In this document: one piece after another, positions 12,913-27,716 of the stretch | Layout: each line of letters opens with the position of its first letter | How positions within the stretch are numbered: the stretch's first letter is position 1 | Assembly (NCBI RefSeq): GCF_009914755.1 | Contig: NC_060932.1 | DNA from: the human T2T-CHM13v2.0 reference genome, Homo sapiens | Strand: one strand, 5' to 3' | DNA: 64,000 nt | The notes under the pieces: model-generated | Databases searched by the model: none | Told to the model about the DNA's origin: nothing | What the model saw: only the letters and a program-made list of their open reading frames with translations | Program-made: the position numbers and the translations under genes

Positions 12913-15039
12913 TCTGTAACTGTTAACACCAGGAATTTGGACTTGATCCTGAAAGCAATGGGGAGCCTTTGATAATTGTGAGCAAGGGTGTCCTATGAGT
13001 CAAAGTCAATGTGTAACTGGCTGATGTGGAGTCAGGAGACCTAGTGGCTTGTTATGAACCTCTAGCAACTGCTCACGAACCAGAACCAGCCAGCCTGGGG
13101 TGGTGTGAAAACTGCAAGTTTAAATGCTCACAGGAGCCAGGCAGCTTCCTGACAAATGAAAAGGTAATTGGATACATTGTTTCCACAGACACACTTTGTT
13201 TTCAGGTTAAACATGTGCCACTAGCCTTCCCTTACATAAAGAAATAGCTCTGTTCATTTTCCTAGAAGCGTGAAGTCCTCTATCTCACTGGTCATTTTCC
13301 TGATTTGAATAGAATCATGAATGCAAAAAAAAAAAATTCTTTCTTATAATATTTCTTTTCCTATAAACTGACAGAACATCATAATAAATAGCAGCTAACA
13401 CTTGTTCTCAGTGTCAGGGAGACCATAAGGAGTGGTGGGCGCAGTACCAGACTGGAGCCTATATTCTGGACTAAAGGCGAAAGCTGCTGTTTAGCTCCAG
13501 CCAAACGTTAATGAGCAGGAATATAAGCCTGACATCACCAAATCTTCTTTTTGAAAAGTAAGAAGAAATCCAGGGCTCTCCATGACTTCTTCAAATCTCA
13601 AAATGTTGACTCAAATGTATTTGAAACACTGTAGTTGCCAAGCAAAATGTAGGCGCTGATTCCTGCTTCTCGGCCTCTTTTTGGGTGTAAAAAAGGATGC
13701 ATCTGGAGCCCAAAGCCCATTCATCAAGTTCTGACAATCACTGACCTTGAGCACTGACCTTCACCTTGACCTTAAGGTCTTTGAATCTTGAACCCCTAAT
13801 TTTAAAAATGCAGATAACACTTCTCTCCTTGCAAGATGGTGAGGATAAAATGAGATGATAGTGGGAAAGCATGCTGCACGCTCTGAGTGCTATGAAAACC
13901 TTTGGGTCTCTTAGGTCTGAGATGGAAGGATACACGACCGAACCCCTGCTTACCTTATAGTGAAATTCCTTGGTGGGGATATTAGGAAGAATAATAGTTG
14001 TGCAACTGGGGCACCGATGACAGCGTTCCCAGAAATTACTTGGTCTCAGAAGCTTTCTGAAATCTGGGAATGGAGAATAACTTTGGCCACATTTATCTAA
14101 GGCATTGCTAGCTGCAATCAGTGGTCCAAGTAAGGAAAGGTATCGCTGAGTGAAATGCATATGATTTTTAGATCAGCATAAGTTCTCTGAGATGTTTATG
14201 GAGTTCAAAGCCCTGAAGAGAGGACTGTTCCAAGTGTCAGGTTGACCCAGTAGAAAACAACAGCAAAATAGAGAGGTAAAGATGATAAATACAAAGAGAC
14301 CCTCGTCTCTTGCTGCTGGAGAGGCCTGAAGTCTGTCCTATCTTTAAAGCTCAGCTTATATTTGGTCTCAGTTTGATAAGCTGTCACTGAAAGCCCCTTT
14401 TCATGTTCTCAGCTTTCACCGTGGTAGGCTGGCTGAGCCACCGGAAATTATCTTACACAGAGACGGAGTCAACATTGAATGACTTTAGCTGGGATGCCCT
14501 TTCCAGTGTTAACCCTCTTCCGGCATTTGCATCTGTAATGGTCTGCTTTGCAGACTCACAGACGGGCCAGTCATAAAAATTAATGCAGTTAAGGGGTAAA
14601 CTGTGTGTTTTAAACCATGTCACTGTGTGTGTTGGATTATGTGGGATTTCCAATGGAGGCCTTACCTAAATTCAGGCAGGTATGGGTGTATCTCGTCTAC
14701 AAAATGGCCCTCTGGTCCAAGAAAATTCACGAGGGGGCCATTTTGACCTGGTAGCAAAGCATTCATCTTCAGGGAAGACAACTATGAAGAATGTGTGATT
14801 GTGTCTCCAGTGGGGCACGCGGACTCACTGTGCCTCGTGTCAGGGAGACGGGATGATGAGACGCATAGAAACTGCTGCTTTACTGAAAACCTGTGTGCCA
14901 CTGAGACATGAGATTATGTGCCCCTAGACCCAAGGGTAGCACAGAAGAAGGCTGACTCCCATCCTCAGCACTAGCTTCCATAGCTATTGCACCATGAAGA
15001 CGGGCTGCCCTGTAACAGACAGCATAAGCATGTCCTTAA

Positions 15040-15118
15040 AACAATTCTTTGTGTGTTATCTAAAATTCAAATTTAACTTGGAATCCTATATTTTTATTTG
15101 CTAAATTTGGCAACGTTA
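15040..15118. mobile_element. MER53 (hAT) fragment
   Basis: 'ttatctaaaattcaaatttaacttgg...aaatttggcaac'. Confidence 0.6.
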
Positions 15119-15509
15119 CTGTGAAGTCTTCACTGTCGGGGGAGGAGAGGGTGCACAAAAAGCCTCATAGAAGTAGTGTTTTCAAGAGGACCCTGGGGAC
15201 TTTGCTGGGAGCTGAGTTATAAGGCAAGCAGCACAGGGTAAGAGCCAGTGAAATGTGTGATGTTACTGACGTGACACCATCATGTGAAGTTTGAGAAAAC
15301 TTAGGTTCCCTTTTTCAAAGAAGTGGAAAAATATCCATGGTTGACCTTAAGAAATTTCTTGCACTCAACTACGTACAGTAAAACTCACCTTTTATAGTGT
15401 ATAATGATGGGAGTTTTACAGACAAATACAGTCATTTAAACAGCAAGCAGGTTATGGGATAGTTCATCATCCCATACTTGTGCCGTGCCCCTTTGTAGTC
15501 ATTTGATCA

Positions 15510-16990
15510 TCTTAGCATACATAGAAAAAGCATTTGACAAAGTTTAACATACATTCATCATAATCTCTTATTAAGCAAGGAATAGAAGTGATGTTTCTTA
15601 ATACCATACAGAATAGCCTACAACAAATGTATAAAATATACTTATGGTAAAAATTAAAAATACATGAAAATATAAGTAAATTATGCCAAATATTACTATT
15701 TCTACTCAATATGATTCTAAGAATTTTTAGCAAATGCAATAAGAAAAGAAAAAAATTTAAAAATATAAAGACTAGAGGAAAAGCATGATTGTTGTACTTC
15801 ACAGATGATATGAAATAAATTTTAAAAATCAAAAAGAATTTATGAAAACACTTTGAATTAATGAATGAAGCCAGCACTTACGCAGATTGATAGATAAACT
15901 TGTTATGTAAAAATCAATTGTCTTTTCATGTGGTCACAACAGTGAAATTTTCGAAAAATATAAAACAAAAAATGAAAATTTAGCCCATCAAATATTCAAC
16001 CAAAGACTTGTACCTAGTCTATATAAAGAACTCTTACAACTTAATAATAAAAAATTCACAGGTAAACTAGGCATTTTACTAAAGAAGATATAAGAATGAC
16101 AAGCAGGTAAAAAGTTACTCAAAATCTTTATCATCATGGATGTGAAAATTAAAATTATAAGATAATAATGCACATACTAAAATGACTGAACTTTAAAATT
16201 AAAATCGAAACACATGTGAGAATGTGAAGCAGCAGTCCTCTGCTCCTAGTAGGAATATAATATGATACAAACAGTCTGGATGGAGAAAGATTTGGCAGAT
16301 TCTTAAGACATTAAACACACACCTATCATGCATCCTACTTATTCCACTCCTAGGTATTTAGCCAAGAGAAATGAAAACATATGTCCATACAAACATTTGC
16401 ACATGAATATTTATAGCAGCTTTCCTTGTAATAGCCAAAAACTGGGAGCAACCCTAATGTCCATCAACAGGTAAATGGATAAACAAATTGTGGTATATCC
16501 ATACAATAGAATACTACTCTGTAATAAAAAAGAATGAACTATCAATATACATGACAACCTAATACTGTAAATAACCCAAATATTGATAGTCAGGTGGATT
16601 AATTTTAGTAAAAGTCATACAATGGAACACAATATGAGAATGAAAATGAACAAGGTATTGCTATAGTCCGCAATGTGGATGAATTTACAAACATAATGTT
16701 GAGCCTCAAGCCAGACACAAAATTACACATATTCTAGATTTTTATGCATATATAGTTTAAAAAAACCATAATCTCTATTGTGGTAAACATCAGGACAGTG
16801 ACTGCTTTTGGAGAAAGGTATTAGTGACAGGGAAGGGATCTGAAGGGGCTTCTGGGCTGCTGGAAATAGTCTATTTCTTGATAAGACTGGTAGTTATATG
16901 GGCCTTATTTTTCTGTCAAAATTTCTCAATCTATACTTATGATTTATTTTACTGTACATCTATAATATTTCACTAAAGTGGATTATTACA
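15510..16990 (+). mobile_element. Old L1M (ORF2 relics and 3' UTR)
   Basis: 'gaaaaagcatttgacaaa', 'attccactcctaggtatttagccaagagaaatgaaaacatatgtcca', 'gtggtatatccatacaatagaatactact'. Confidence 0.85.
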
Positions 16991-17624
16991 AAACAATATT
17001 TTAAAAGGTCTTAATGATCTTGTTTAACTGATCTTTACCACAGACACACTATTTCCCAATATATATATATTCAGCTTGTGGATTCTAATCTTCTAATGAA
17101 GATTGTCCATGATTATTATGGGTTTGCACTTTACTTTCTCATCTTGATTCAGCTCATTGAGGTTGAAGACCATGTCTTAGTACATCTTTGCATCTTACCT
17201 TATGGAGCAGTTTTGAATTTCTTTGGACACTTCTTGTTCCCATAAAGATATTGTCATTCCAGCCATACATTCTCAATTTTTATTTGGAAAATATGATCAC
17301 ACATATATATCTGTATCATGATGTCCTATATCTAAGAGATGTATCATAAGCCTTTGATTAATGTCACTTGAGAATAATTTCTTAATTTTTTATATCACAG
17401 TGAGTAAATTGGTATTTTAAACAAACTTATCACAATAATCATGTCCCTCCACAGACTTTGGAAATCTTATGGATTGTCTCTCTGAACCCATTAGTTAAAG
17501 ACCCCACAGTTTGTAGATACCTTCTAGAACCTGCAGGGTCTCAGGGTCAGCCCTTGGGTCTAGATCCCTCAAGGCTAAGTGAACTTGTAGCCAGTTTTCC
17601 TAGGATTAGGAACCAAGAAATGGA

Positions 17625-17870
17625 AAATACAGTACTTAAGACTCAGATTTTGTGGCCAGAACGACTTTGATTTAATCTTAGCCTCTCCACTTCCTAGCTA
17701 CGTAACCTTGGGCAAGTTACTTAACTCTGTTAAGCCTCAATTTCAATCTTTGAAATTGAAATAATGATTGTTATTTTATAGGATTATTATGAGCATTAAG
17801 TAAGATCTTGCATCTAAAGTACTCAGGACAAAGCATATCAAGTATTAAGCACTGCAAAAATAATAGCTTT
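17625..17870 (+). mobile_element. MIR
   Basis: 'aaccttgggcaagttacttaactctgttaagcctcaattt'. Confidence 0.75.
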
Positions 17871-18799
17871 TATTATTCCAAGTTGTTTATTTTGCAGAAT
17901 AAGCTCTCAGGAATGCACTGACATTTATGCTTACATACAGTCAGTAATATTTGCACACACACATGAAGGCATGTGAAGGTTTCATATCCTCTCACTCTAA
18001 GACCTATCTTTGTTATCTGGCTTAAACCACAGATGTGAATCAAGGGCACTTTGAGCCAAACCAAAAGTAGGTAAACCCCTGTAAATAGCTGTAAGATATT
18101 CCAGGGAGGGGAGCTGGGAGAGAAACACTCCATGTGAACAAATTGAGTTATTTAAATAAACAAATTCTGGAGTGAATGTATGCCATAATGTGGGTCACTG
18201 GATTATTTACAATTCTGAGATACACAGGCAGTTGTAGCCTCAGATTAGAAAGCATTCCTCAGATTCCTGGTGACTGGACTTCATTTGTCTGTTTACTTGC
18301 CTTTTCAGTAGGATAAACTAGGAATTTGGGCCAGGAATAGGGGCACTTGAAGAGAGAGTCTCATTTTAATAAAATGTTGAGAAACTTGCTGTGGAAGTAT
18401 TTGGAAATTTGGACTCTGTTACAAAATTTTCCATTAAAAAGTAGTCACACCTTGTAGGCTTATCAGACAGTTGCAGAAGTAAATAAGAACGTGTTGATCT
18501 TTATACACTTAGGTGATGGGGTCACTAGTTGCCTCAGTGATAGGTTTTGTGACCATGCTAACTGCCATGTGGATAAAGAAATGTTAACATTAGTAAATAT
18601 TAACGGCTGAGACTTAAGCAATGTGTATGAAATTCAACACATTACTGGGACACACTTACTGAAATTCAAGAGTATGAGAGACAGAGCATCAGAGACAGAA
18701 ACGCAAAATGGAACTAACGGCATATATATTATCTCTAAGTTATGAGAGAAGACTGAAGTAAATGCCATCTAGATTCACATTTACCTAGAAGATGGTTGT

Positions 18800-19187
18800 T
18801 GTATTAGTCTGTTTTGTGTTGCTATAAAAGAATGCCTGAGGTTGGGTAATTTATAAAGAAAAGAGGTTTATGTGGCTCAAGCTTCTGCAGGCTATACAAG
18901 CATGGCACCCATATCTGCTCGGCTTCTGGAGAGGCCTCAGGAAGCTTTTATTCATGGCAGAAAGTGAAGGAGGAACAGGTGTGTAACGTGCTGAGACAGT
19001 GAGCAAGAGAGAGGCCAGGCTTTTATAAACAACCAACTCTCTCATGAACTAATAGAGCAATAACTCACTCATTTTTAAAGGCACCAAGCCATTCATAAGG
19101 GATCCGCATATGTGACCCAAACACCTCCAACTTGGGGATCATATTTCAACATGAGATTTGGAGGAGACAAGCATCCAAACTATATCA
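18800..19187 (-). mobile_element. MSTB-type MaLR solo LTR
   Basis: 'tgtattagtctgttttgtgttgctataaaag...catgagatttggaggagacaagcatccaaactatatca'. Confidence 0.88.
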
Positions 19188-19348
19188 GATGGAGAGAATA
19201 TGAACATATAACCATGATATGTTTGGACCACCAAGTATCTTCAGAAGTTGATAGAGCAGGTGGATCTTTGTTTCTCTGAGTTATGTTTGTGTGGGAACTC
19301 TCTAATCTCTTAATCAAAAATGAATCATTCCTTTCTCTGAGTTCCTGA

Positions 19349-19738
<390 letters not shown>

Positions 19739-20794
19739 CTATGATACATAGTCATTTTAACAGTTTGGCCACGTAAGGGACACAGATCTTGATAATAAAT
19801 GAGAATGCTATTTATTGTGCCCCTTGGCAAAGGTTGCATCAGATACTTCATACCAGGTGTTGCAGACTTAGAGCCTACAGACAGTCAGCATGTGTGTTTT
19901 GTTTGGGGTGCATGATATGAAAAAATTATTTCCAATGTCTTTGGATGGGGCATGCATTTTCCAGGGACATATGCTCTGCAGATTTCCATTCTGTATTGTC
20001 TTATACGTGACTTTCCTCATTCATTTACATTATTTGCATAGCCCTTGCAGGCTTTGGATTTGTGATTTTAATGGTAAACTAAAAAATAGCTATTGAGCAA
20101 AACAAATACTTGCATCTTCATTTTAGAGAAAAAGGTAATAAATTTAGTCTGGGGATTGAGAGGAAGTAGCTTTAACCCTAGATAAAGAGAGAAGAAAGGA
20201 ATGCAAGGAAGGACTAATCAAACATTGAGAAACAATTATCGAGAAGAAAAGCATATATCAAATCAAGCAAAAGTTACTAGTTGGTGAAAGAAAAGCTCTT
20301 GCGTGTGCAGGTCAAGAGAGTGAAAGACAATCTGAAGTTTAGGCTGCAGGTCCAGTTACGGCAGAGGAAGCTTTCTTCACCAGAAAAAGGTATCTAAAGT
20401 GAAAAGGGCCAGAACACATAAATAAATGTCATTTATATAATCCAGACTAGCTATTAATAGTTTGGGTGATTTTTAGACATCAGTTAGTGGTGCAGTTCTG
20501 TAAAATAAAAATCAAAGCAGGTTATTCCATTCAGAATTCCCTTTTCTGAGATCTTGCAAGCCCTCAGCTTCACTAGTGGCTCTGATGTTAGTCTCTGTGC
20601 CAATGAGAACTTGGTAATCACTGCTCACAGACCCACCTTTATCACCAGTAGGAAGCTCTCAAGAATACATAGCATATTTATTTTTGCACAAATGACATTT
20701 ACTGGTTTTGTTTCTTGTAGACTGCTATGTTAAAATATGAATGCCTTGGTGGTTATGTGAGGATATAATCCATCCTAATCAAGAGTGAATAAGA

Positions 20795-21118
<324 letters not shown>

Positions 21119-22049
21119 TTAAGGGTAGGCATCTTTTCTAAGGAGAGAAGCCTTTGCTTAAGTCCAAAACTGAAGGACATGTTGCAAAATATACTCCACC
21201 CAGATGTCTGTCCTTCCATTTGACAACCACCTCCCTGGAACAGGCAGGAAGAGAGTAGATGAGCAAATTGAAATTGGCACCAGCATGGCTGACCCATCTG
21301 ATGAGCTCCTTTGTGGACTTCAGTATGGAAAGCATTCCTTTGGGAACAGCAAAATGATGGCAGGTAAAATGATTAGACAGAATAGGTGCCTAACGCTCCC
21401 TAGAACCTGACCCTTTTTTTTTTGCTTTGCAACTTTAAATTTTCTCTATGGAGCTTCAGGGGACATCCTGCATCCGTGAGGAGGTACAACAGGAAGGGTA
21501 CCAACATGTATGTGATCAAATGATGAAGTGTTGGAAAACTTAAAAGCGAAGAGTTCCTGAGTGCTGAATACAGAATACCAGCAACTCTGGTCTTGAGTAG
21601 AAAAGCAATGGGTATATCGGCAGATGATTGGTTGTTTCTCCCTTCAGCAATGTGGGAGTGGACACCTGCCAGTCTCTTGCATGATTACTCAGTTGCCAGT
21701 AGGTGGGACCACAGCTACAGAAGCTGGTGCTTCCTTGGAGGAAATGAGGGTAACTCAGGCAGAACGATTAGGAGCACACAGGGTAGAAATTTCAGTGGTT
21801 GAAAATGAATAGATTCCTGTGCAAAAGATGTACTCTCTAAGGTATTTTGTGTTCACTTAGGGAAAAGCTTAGAGTATCATGGGTTCATGGGTTATAAGTA
21901 AGGTGATAGGATCTACAGACTAAGCCTCCGATATCTCTCTGTCTTTAGGTGGTCTTCTCTTTATATGTAATTGGGTTTAAGTGTAAAATAGTGTCCTCTG
22001 TTAACCAATCTTTGTAAGTTTGCTTCAATATATCTACTTTTTAAAATTA

Positions 22050-22179
22050 AAGAAAAATTTTTTTGGAGATGGAATCTCACTATGTTGCCCAGGCTGAACT
22101 CAAATTCCTGGGCTCAAGCATTGCTCCTAGCTCAGCCTCCCAACTAGTTGGGCTGCAGGCACATACGGCCATGTCTGGA
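22050..22179 (-). mobile_element. FLAM/Alu monomer
   Basis: 'gagatggaatctcactatgttgcccaggctgaactcaaattcctgggctcaag'. Confidence 0.8.
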
Positions 22180-22849
22180 GAGTTTTACGATTTGTTGTCT
22201 TATATCTCAGAAGTTGCCGTGGAAAGATTCCAGGAAATATTTTATGGAACTGTCTTGGGGTGTTCTGCAAAAGTTACCCTGATATAGGTACAACAATGAT
22301 AGCAGCTCTCATTCCTTCTGAATCCTGTTAGCAGCTGGGGCTCTTGCTGTACAAGAAAACAAGGACCCTCTCCTGGCATCCTCCCAACCCTCTTCTCTGC
22401 AGTCCCCTCCTGGAAAGAGGACAGGGACATCTTTCCTGGTCTTCCAGCCTGCTTCATTCAGTGTTTCACAAACATTTATTGGCCACTGACCATATACTGA
22501 ACACTGCTAAGTGCTTAGGAGAACAAAGGAGTTCCTTTTATGGCTGCCTTGATTTCCTCTTTTATGCATTCACCTTGGATCCCTTTCTGATAATCAACCT
22601 TCCAGTTTGCCCTGCTTCCTTCTCTAATGTCACCATCACCAACTTATTTTAACCATTATGTGTTGTGAGAATTTGTGTATCCATAGCTACACAGATTGCA
22701 AAGTCAAGGGGCTCTTATAACTTCTTCATGTCCATTATAGTTCCATTTAAGCATGTAAGAATGAAAGAAACCATTGATTATGAAGGGGATCTGAAAGTCA
22801 CATATACCACAATCCTAACTCTTTTCTTTCTATTTGTGATTATGCTAAT

Positions 22850-23050
22850 TACAGTAACTACCATATATTTTGTGGTTTTGTGCTGGCGGCAAAGCTTTTC
22901 ACACACATTGCCTGGCCGAATTCTCTCAATACGTTAAGGTGGAGGATTTTATCTCCATTTTACAGAGTAGGAAACTGATAATCAAGATCGTCCTATTGGT
23001 ACAGGGTAGATTCAGGAGTTGAACCCTTGCTTTTTTGACTGTAAAGCGTT
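22850..23050 (-). mobile_element. MIR
   Basis: 'atctccattttacagagtaggaaactga'. Confidence 0.65.
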
Positions 23051-24639
23051 GGCTCTTTTGATTTGCCACCGTCCAGAAAATGCAGAGTTGTTATTGCAAT
23101 AATTCATCTATAATTTTATATGTAACCCACAATGGCACAGAAATAGAATTTTGCAAATGTTTTGAGATAACGTTGTACTAGGAACTGCAAGTACTTCATA
23201 AAGAGATCACATTCCTTATGGGGGCCCCAGTCATGCCAGGCTCCTTGCTCCCCTATGAATAGACAGTGTTTTTTGTCTGGCTTGGGAACTGGTTTGACTG
23301 GCAGCAGAGACTCCATTTCCTCGTCTGCCAAATCCAGCGGTGGATAAGCTGGTGAATCCTTTAAGTCTCCTCTGATAACCTCTGATGGAGACTGTTTCTT
23401 TTGAGCCTCCTGAAGCTCAGAGCTTGAACCTTGCCTGACTGTGAAGATAGCACAGCCCAGGAGACAAACCTTGATCTGGGACTTGGAAGTCTGAATTTCC
23501 ATCCTGTGTGACCTTGGGCAGGTCACCTTCCACCCTAGGTTCCAGGTCCCTCCTGTGTCAAATGAGAGGAGGTGTGGTGATTAGATAACCTCCAACGACC
23601 TTTCTAACACTACATTTCTCAGTTCATTTCTACAGGTAGCAGAGAGAAGTTGCCACCTCCTATTCCCCAAGCAGTTTCAGCCTAGTCAGTGTCGCAAACC
23701 AAGAGCCAGGCGTCCACTGTGAGACTGTCTTGATTTTTCCTGCTTAACTTAAACCATTAACTTCGTGATAACATTCTGGGGGGTGTCAGGTTATAACAAG
23801 GACATAAAAATTATGAGCTAGGTTTGTCATTGACTTCATGGCCTTTAATGGCCCTGCTGTCTCCTTAAGCAGATGGGAGGTAATCTTATGGCTGAAGCAT
23901 GGGGAAAGGAAATGTCTGGAAGGCGTTCTGCACAGAAGAAAAGACCGGGCAAGACCTGCCCCAGCAGGCAATAGGCTGGCGCAATAATAAAGTATGGTGG
24001 CAAAATGAAACATTAAAACACCCCATAAAAACCTAAGTGCTTCATCACCATCACTAATGAAAATATATGATTGCCTAATAAAATGCTCCAAGCCAGCCGC
24101 TGGCCATGGAGCTGCATTTATTAACAACTGTTACCACTGCAGTCTCCTTACTGGGAAGGGTGACCTTCCACCCCAAATGGGCCGTGGCCTGGGGAATTCA
24201 GTATGGGCCAACTATTTGGTCAGTGGGTCTCACAGGAGGATCCAGTCCATGTGGGACCCAGCAACACCTGTGCTTCCTTGGGCAGTAAAGAGACGAGGGC
24301 AGTGGCTGGTGAGCCAGCCACAGCAATAAAACAGGAGGTTCAATCTGTCTCAAAAGTGCCTTGAGGACTGGGGATGTGCCAGGTGTGTTACAAACACAGA
24401 GAACGAAACCTGATGGTGTTGAAATACACCTCAGGATACAAAATAAGCTTCTTAGTGGGCATGAAAGAAATCATTGAATTGTTTTGCTTCTTTCTATCTC
24501 TTCTTCTTTGACAAGTATTTCATTTATTGTTTAAAACAAGAGTCACCAAGACCACCTAAAGTTTGAAATTCTGGGCCATTTGATTTGCAGTTAGACACTC
24601 TGAATCAAGCTTCATGCTAAAATGTTTATCCTGATGGCA

Positions 24640-25540
24640 TTTGCCTGGTACTTTATCATTTACAAGACTTCTGCAATTTGAAAAAAATCATCTGTCACCT
24701 CTGATACGTGTATGATCTCATTTGATTCTAAAATAAACCTTGTGAGGTTGGTAATATAATTATTTCCAAATTTGAAGATGAGATTTAGAGCAGTCAGTTA
24801 AATTATTTGAGGTCTCATAGCTTGTAAGTTTCAAAGCTGGTTCCCAAACAGTGGCTTCAGATCTCTTAATGTGGTGTCTCAGCACCATGAAGTGGAAATA
24901 ACCCACCATATCTTGAGACCACCTTCGTCCTAAGGATGGCTATCACCATCCAAACTTAAAGTGGTGTGTGTTGTAGCCACATCAAATGCGTCTACAGAAG
25001 CAATAGGATTTGTGTGCTGGGGATGGGATCCTAAAGGAGCCTGAGAAACAGGAAGGGACCTCTTGCCCCAGAATAGCCCCTTGGGTCTCCTACTATCTGA
25101 ACTGTTACACGTAAACACCATCACTTTGGGTTTTGGGAAGTTTTCTACCATGTTATTAAACTGGACTTTTCTTTTTGCCTTTATACGATGAGAGGATTGA
25201 ATTAGATGCCCTTCAGTTTTTCTTTAGCTCCAACTGTTCATCTCTCTACTTTACAATTCTGTCTCACGTGGTGCTAAGGTGGGAAAACAACATTTATGCC
25301 TGGTTTCAAGGGGAAAATAAGGGCACATCTACTAAACAACTAATATTTAGCAGAAACTGTTCAGATATTAACTCATTTAATCATCAAGCCACCCTCCAAG
25401 GTAAATATTATTGTTGTTATTTTAGAGACCCAGAATTTGAGTCTGATGCAAGTTAAGGAATTTGCTTAGTCCACCAAATGCAATGGGGTTGACTTCTATC
25501 CAGGATCTAGCCAAGGCCTGGGCTCTTTCCATTGCACCAC
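24640..25540 (-). mobile_element. Two MIR fragments (about 24640-24870 and 25340-25540)
   Basis: 'atctcatttgattct...aaccttgtgagg' and 'aactcatttaatcatc...aggtaaatattatt'. Confidence 0.55.
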
Positions 25541-27624
25541 ACTGTCCCTCAGTGACAGCTCCCACCTTGAATTTCCTTGTCTCTGTCAGGAAGACCCTTG
25601 GACCTTAAACCCTATTATCTAACTCACAATGTCTCTCTTCTCATAACTTGCCTCCCAGTGAAGCCACTTTATTACTGACTATATTCTCAAATGCATTTTT
25701 CCTTTCCAGCCACTACAATTTTCGCAAGCAGAGGGGCATTGTTAACTCGAGTTTTCCTCGCTGGACTTGACGTTGGCTGATTGCATTCCGCCGACATGCA
25801 CTCCTCCCGCTTTGTTGCTGAGATAGTCCCCTATCATTTCTGCATCCCAAACTGGCAGGGTGTGTGGCTGTGCAGCATCTTTTTTCTACTCCAGAACGAA
25901 TAGGATAGAACTACTTTGTGCAGGAAAATAAGAGGCTCATATAATGAGAAATCCAAATTACTGTTTTCCTACAAGGAAGAGAAGGAAAACTTACCTGCAT
26001 GAATTTCCGTTCCCATCCTTGTCCTCTCTCCTTCCCTCCCATCTTCCTGCTTCTCTCTTTCCTTTGCCGTTTTTGAGTACATATGGTATGAAAATCACAG
26101 TTTTAAACTTGAAGGAAAGGTGTGTCAATATTGAAAGAATTGTTAATAGTGCATAAAAGGCCCAGTAGTAAATAATTCATTTTATGGGTTTAGATATGGT
26201 ATCACAAGCCAGAAGGGAGTGACTTCAGCTACGTATTAGAAAATTTTCAGCTACTTACTGGAAATTTTTGCAGTACGTTGGCCAGTCTTCTAATGGGTTA
26301 GAATTGAGGGCCCAGGTCACTCAAGACTTCCTTGGAGGAAACAGCCTTTGGGCATGGGGCCCCAAGGAAAAGAGTGGGCTGGGAGTTGGAGAGCTGTACT
26401 CCGGAGCAGAGAATTTTGGGGAGAAGACTTCAAGAATTCTGAGGAATGTTGAGCATGAAGGCTAACATGAGCAGTGACAGAAGAGCTGTGTGGTTTCAAA
26501 AGCAATAGCTTTCCATTTCTCAACTTAGCGGAAAACTAACTCAACCAAGACGAGTACTCATATCTGGAACTAGGAAATGATCAAGTATCGTGACTCAGGA
26601 TAGAGTTGAGGGCAATGTTTGCCGAGGGCAATTGCTATGCACAGGAGGCCACTATGAGGCTATTAAGCAAGACTTATCTTTGCTTTGCATCACCTGCTTA
26701 ACTGTTAGCAAAACAGTGAGTTCTCATCTGCAAAAATCTCGTCTTTAAAAATTACTTTTCTCAACTGCAAAATGGGGAGAATGTCAACTACTCCAAGTGA
26801 TTATTAAAAGTATGAAATGGGATGCTACATTTAAAACTCTATGCCTTGCTCATGATAAGAACCTAATAATTATTAAGAGTACTTTGTGGTTTTGTTTTTC
26901 TTATTTCAAGGTCACACTGTGGAATTGATGGAATAGGTGAGGTCTTCTATTATTTTTCCTGCAGGTTTCTCTGTTGCTATCTCCATATTAGAACTCACTC
27001 TTTTTCCTTGGGAAAAGATGAGGGAGGAGGTAGGTGAAAGAGGTTGTGATGAAAGCCTTTGAGAGTTAGTGACTGGCTGATATTCAAGGGTTAAGAGACA
27101 CAAAAGCATAGGAAGCACTTCTTAGAGAAGTCACACAACCTGGGGGAGGCTTGCGGCCCTTTAATTTTTTGTGTATACCTGTGTGTCCAACTCTCTGAAT
27201 CTGGACTTCATTCTGGTCCTACTAATAAGATGTTCCTTGGATTACTAGGATAGCTGAAGGTGCCTGATGGCCTAGGACACAGAGAAGCCACTTGGTCACC
27301 CTTATGAATCAGGTGGCCTTGGCACAGAAAAGGTATTTTTAAAGCTAGGCACATCAGCCTGCGGGTGTCTACCCATGGATTACTAAGTGGGCAGTGGCAA
27401 GAGGCAGCATTAAGCTTAGGAAGAAAGTTAGAAGTGGCTGCTCTAGACAGGAGGGGCCATAAAGTCTCCTTCATTCATCAGCAATTCCATTTGTCAGGCA
27501 TTCATTCGTCAATGTGCATTTACTCAGTGGCCACTATATGAATCATTGATTTAAGCCCTTTACTGCTTTTGTGCAAACTTATCCCTTCTGTTTCAACCCA
27601 GAACTAAAGCATAGGGGCTTAGGG

Positions 27625-27652
27625 AAACAAACAAACAAACAAACAAACAAAC
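27625..27652. repeat. (AAAC)7 microsatellite
   Basis: Directly visible. Confidence 0.95.
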
Positions 27653-27716
27653 CCAGGAAGCCATCAGGAGTCCGCTGGAAGACTGACTGCGTACATGCTG
27701 GCAATTTTCAGAGGGA

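Noticed and set aside
15512-16173. ORFs over the L1 region
   Set aside because: Antisense to degraded L1M; no intact ORF2
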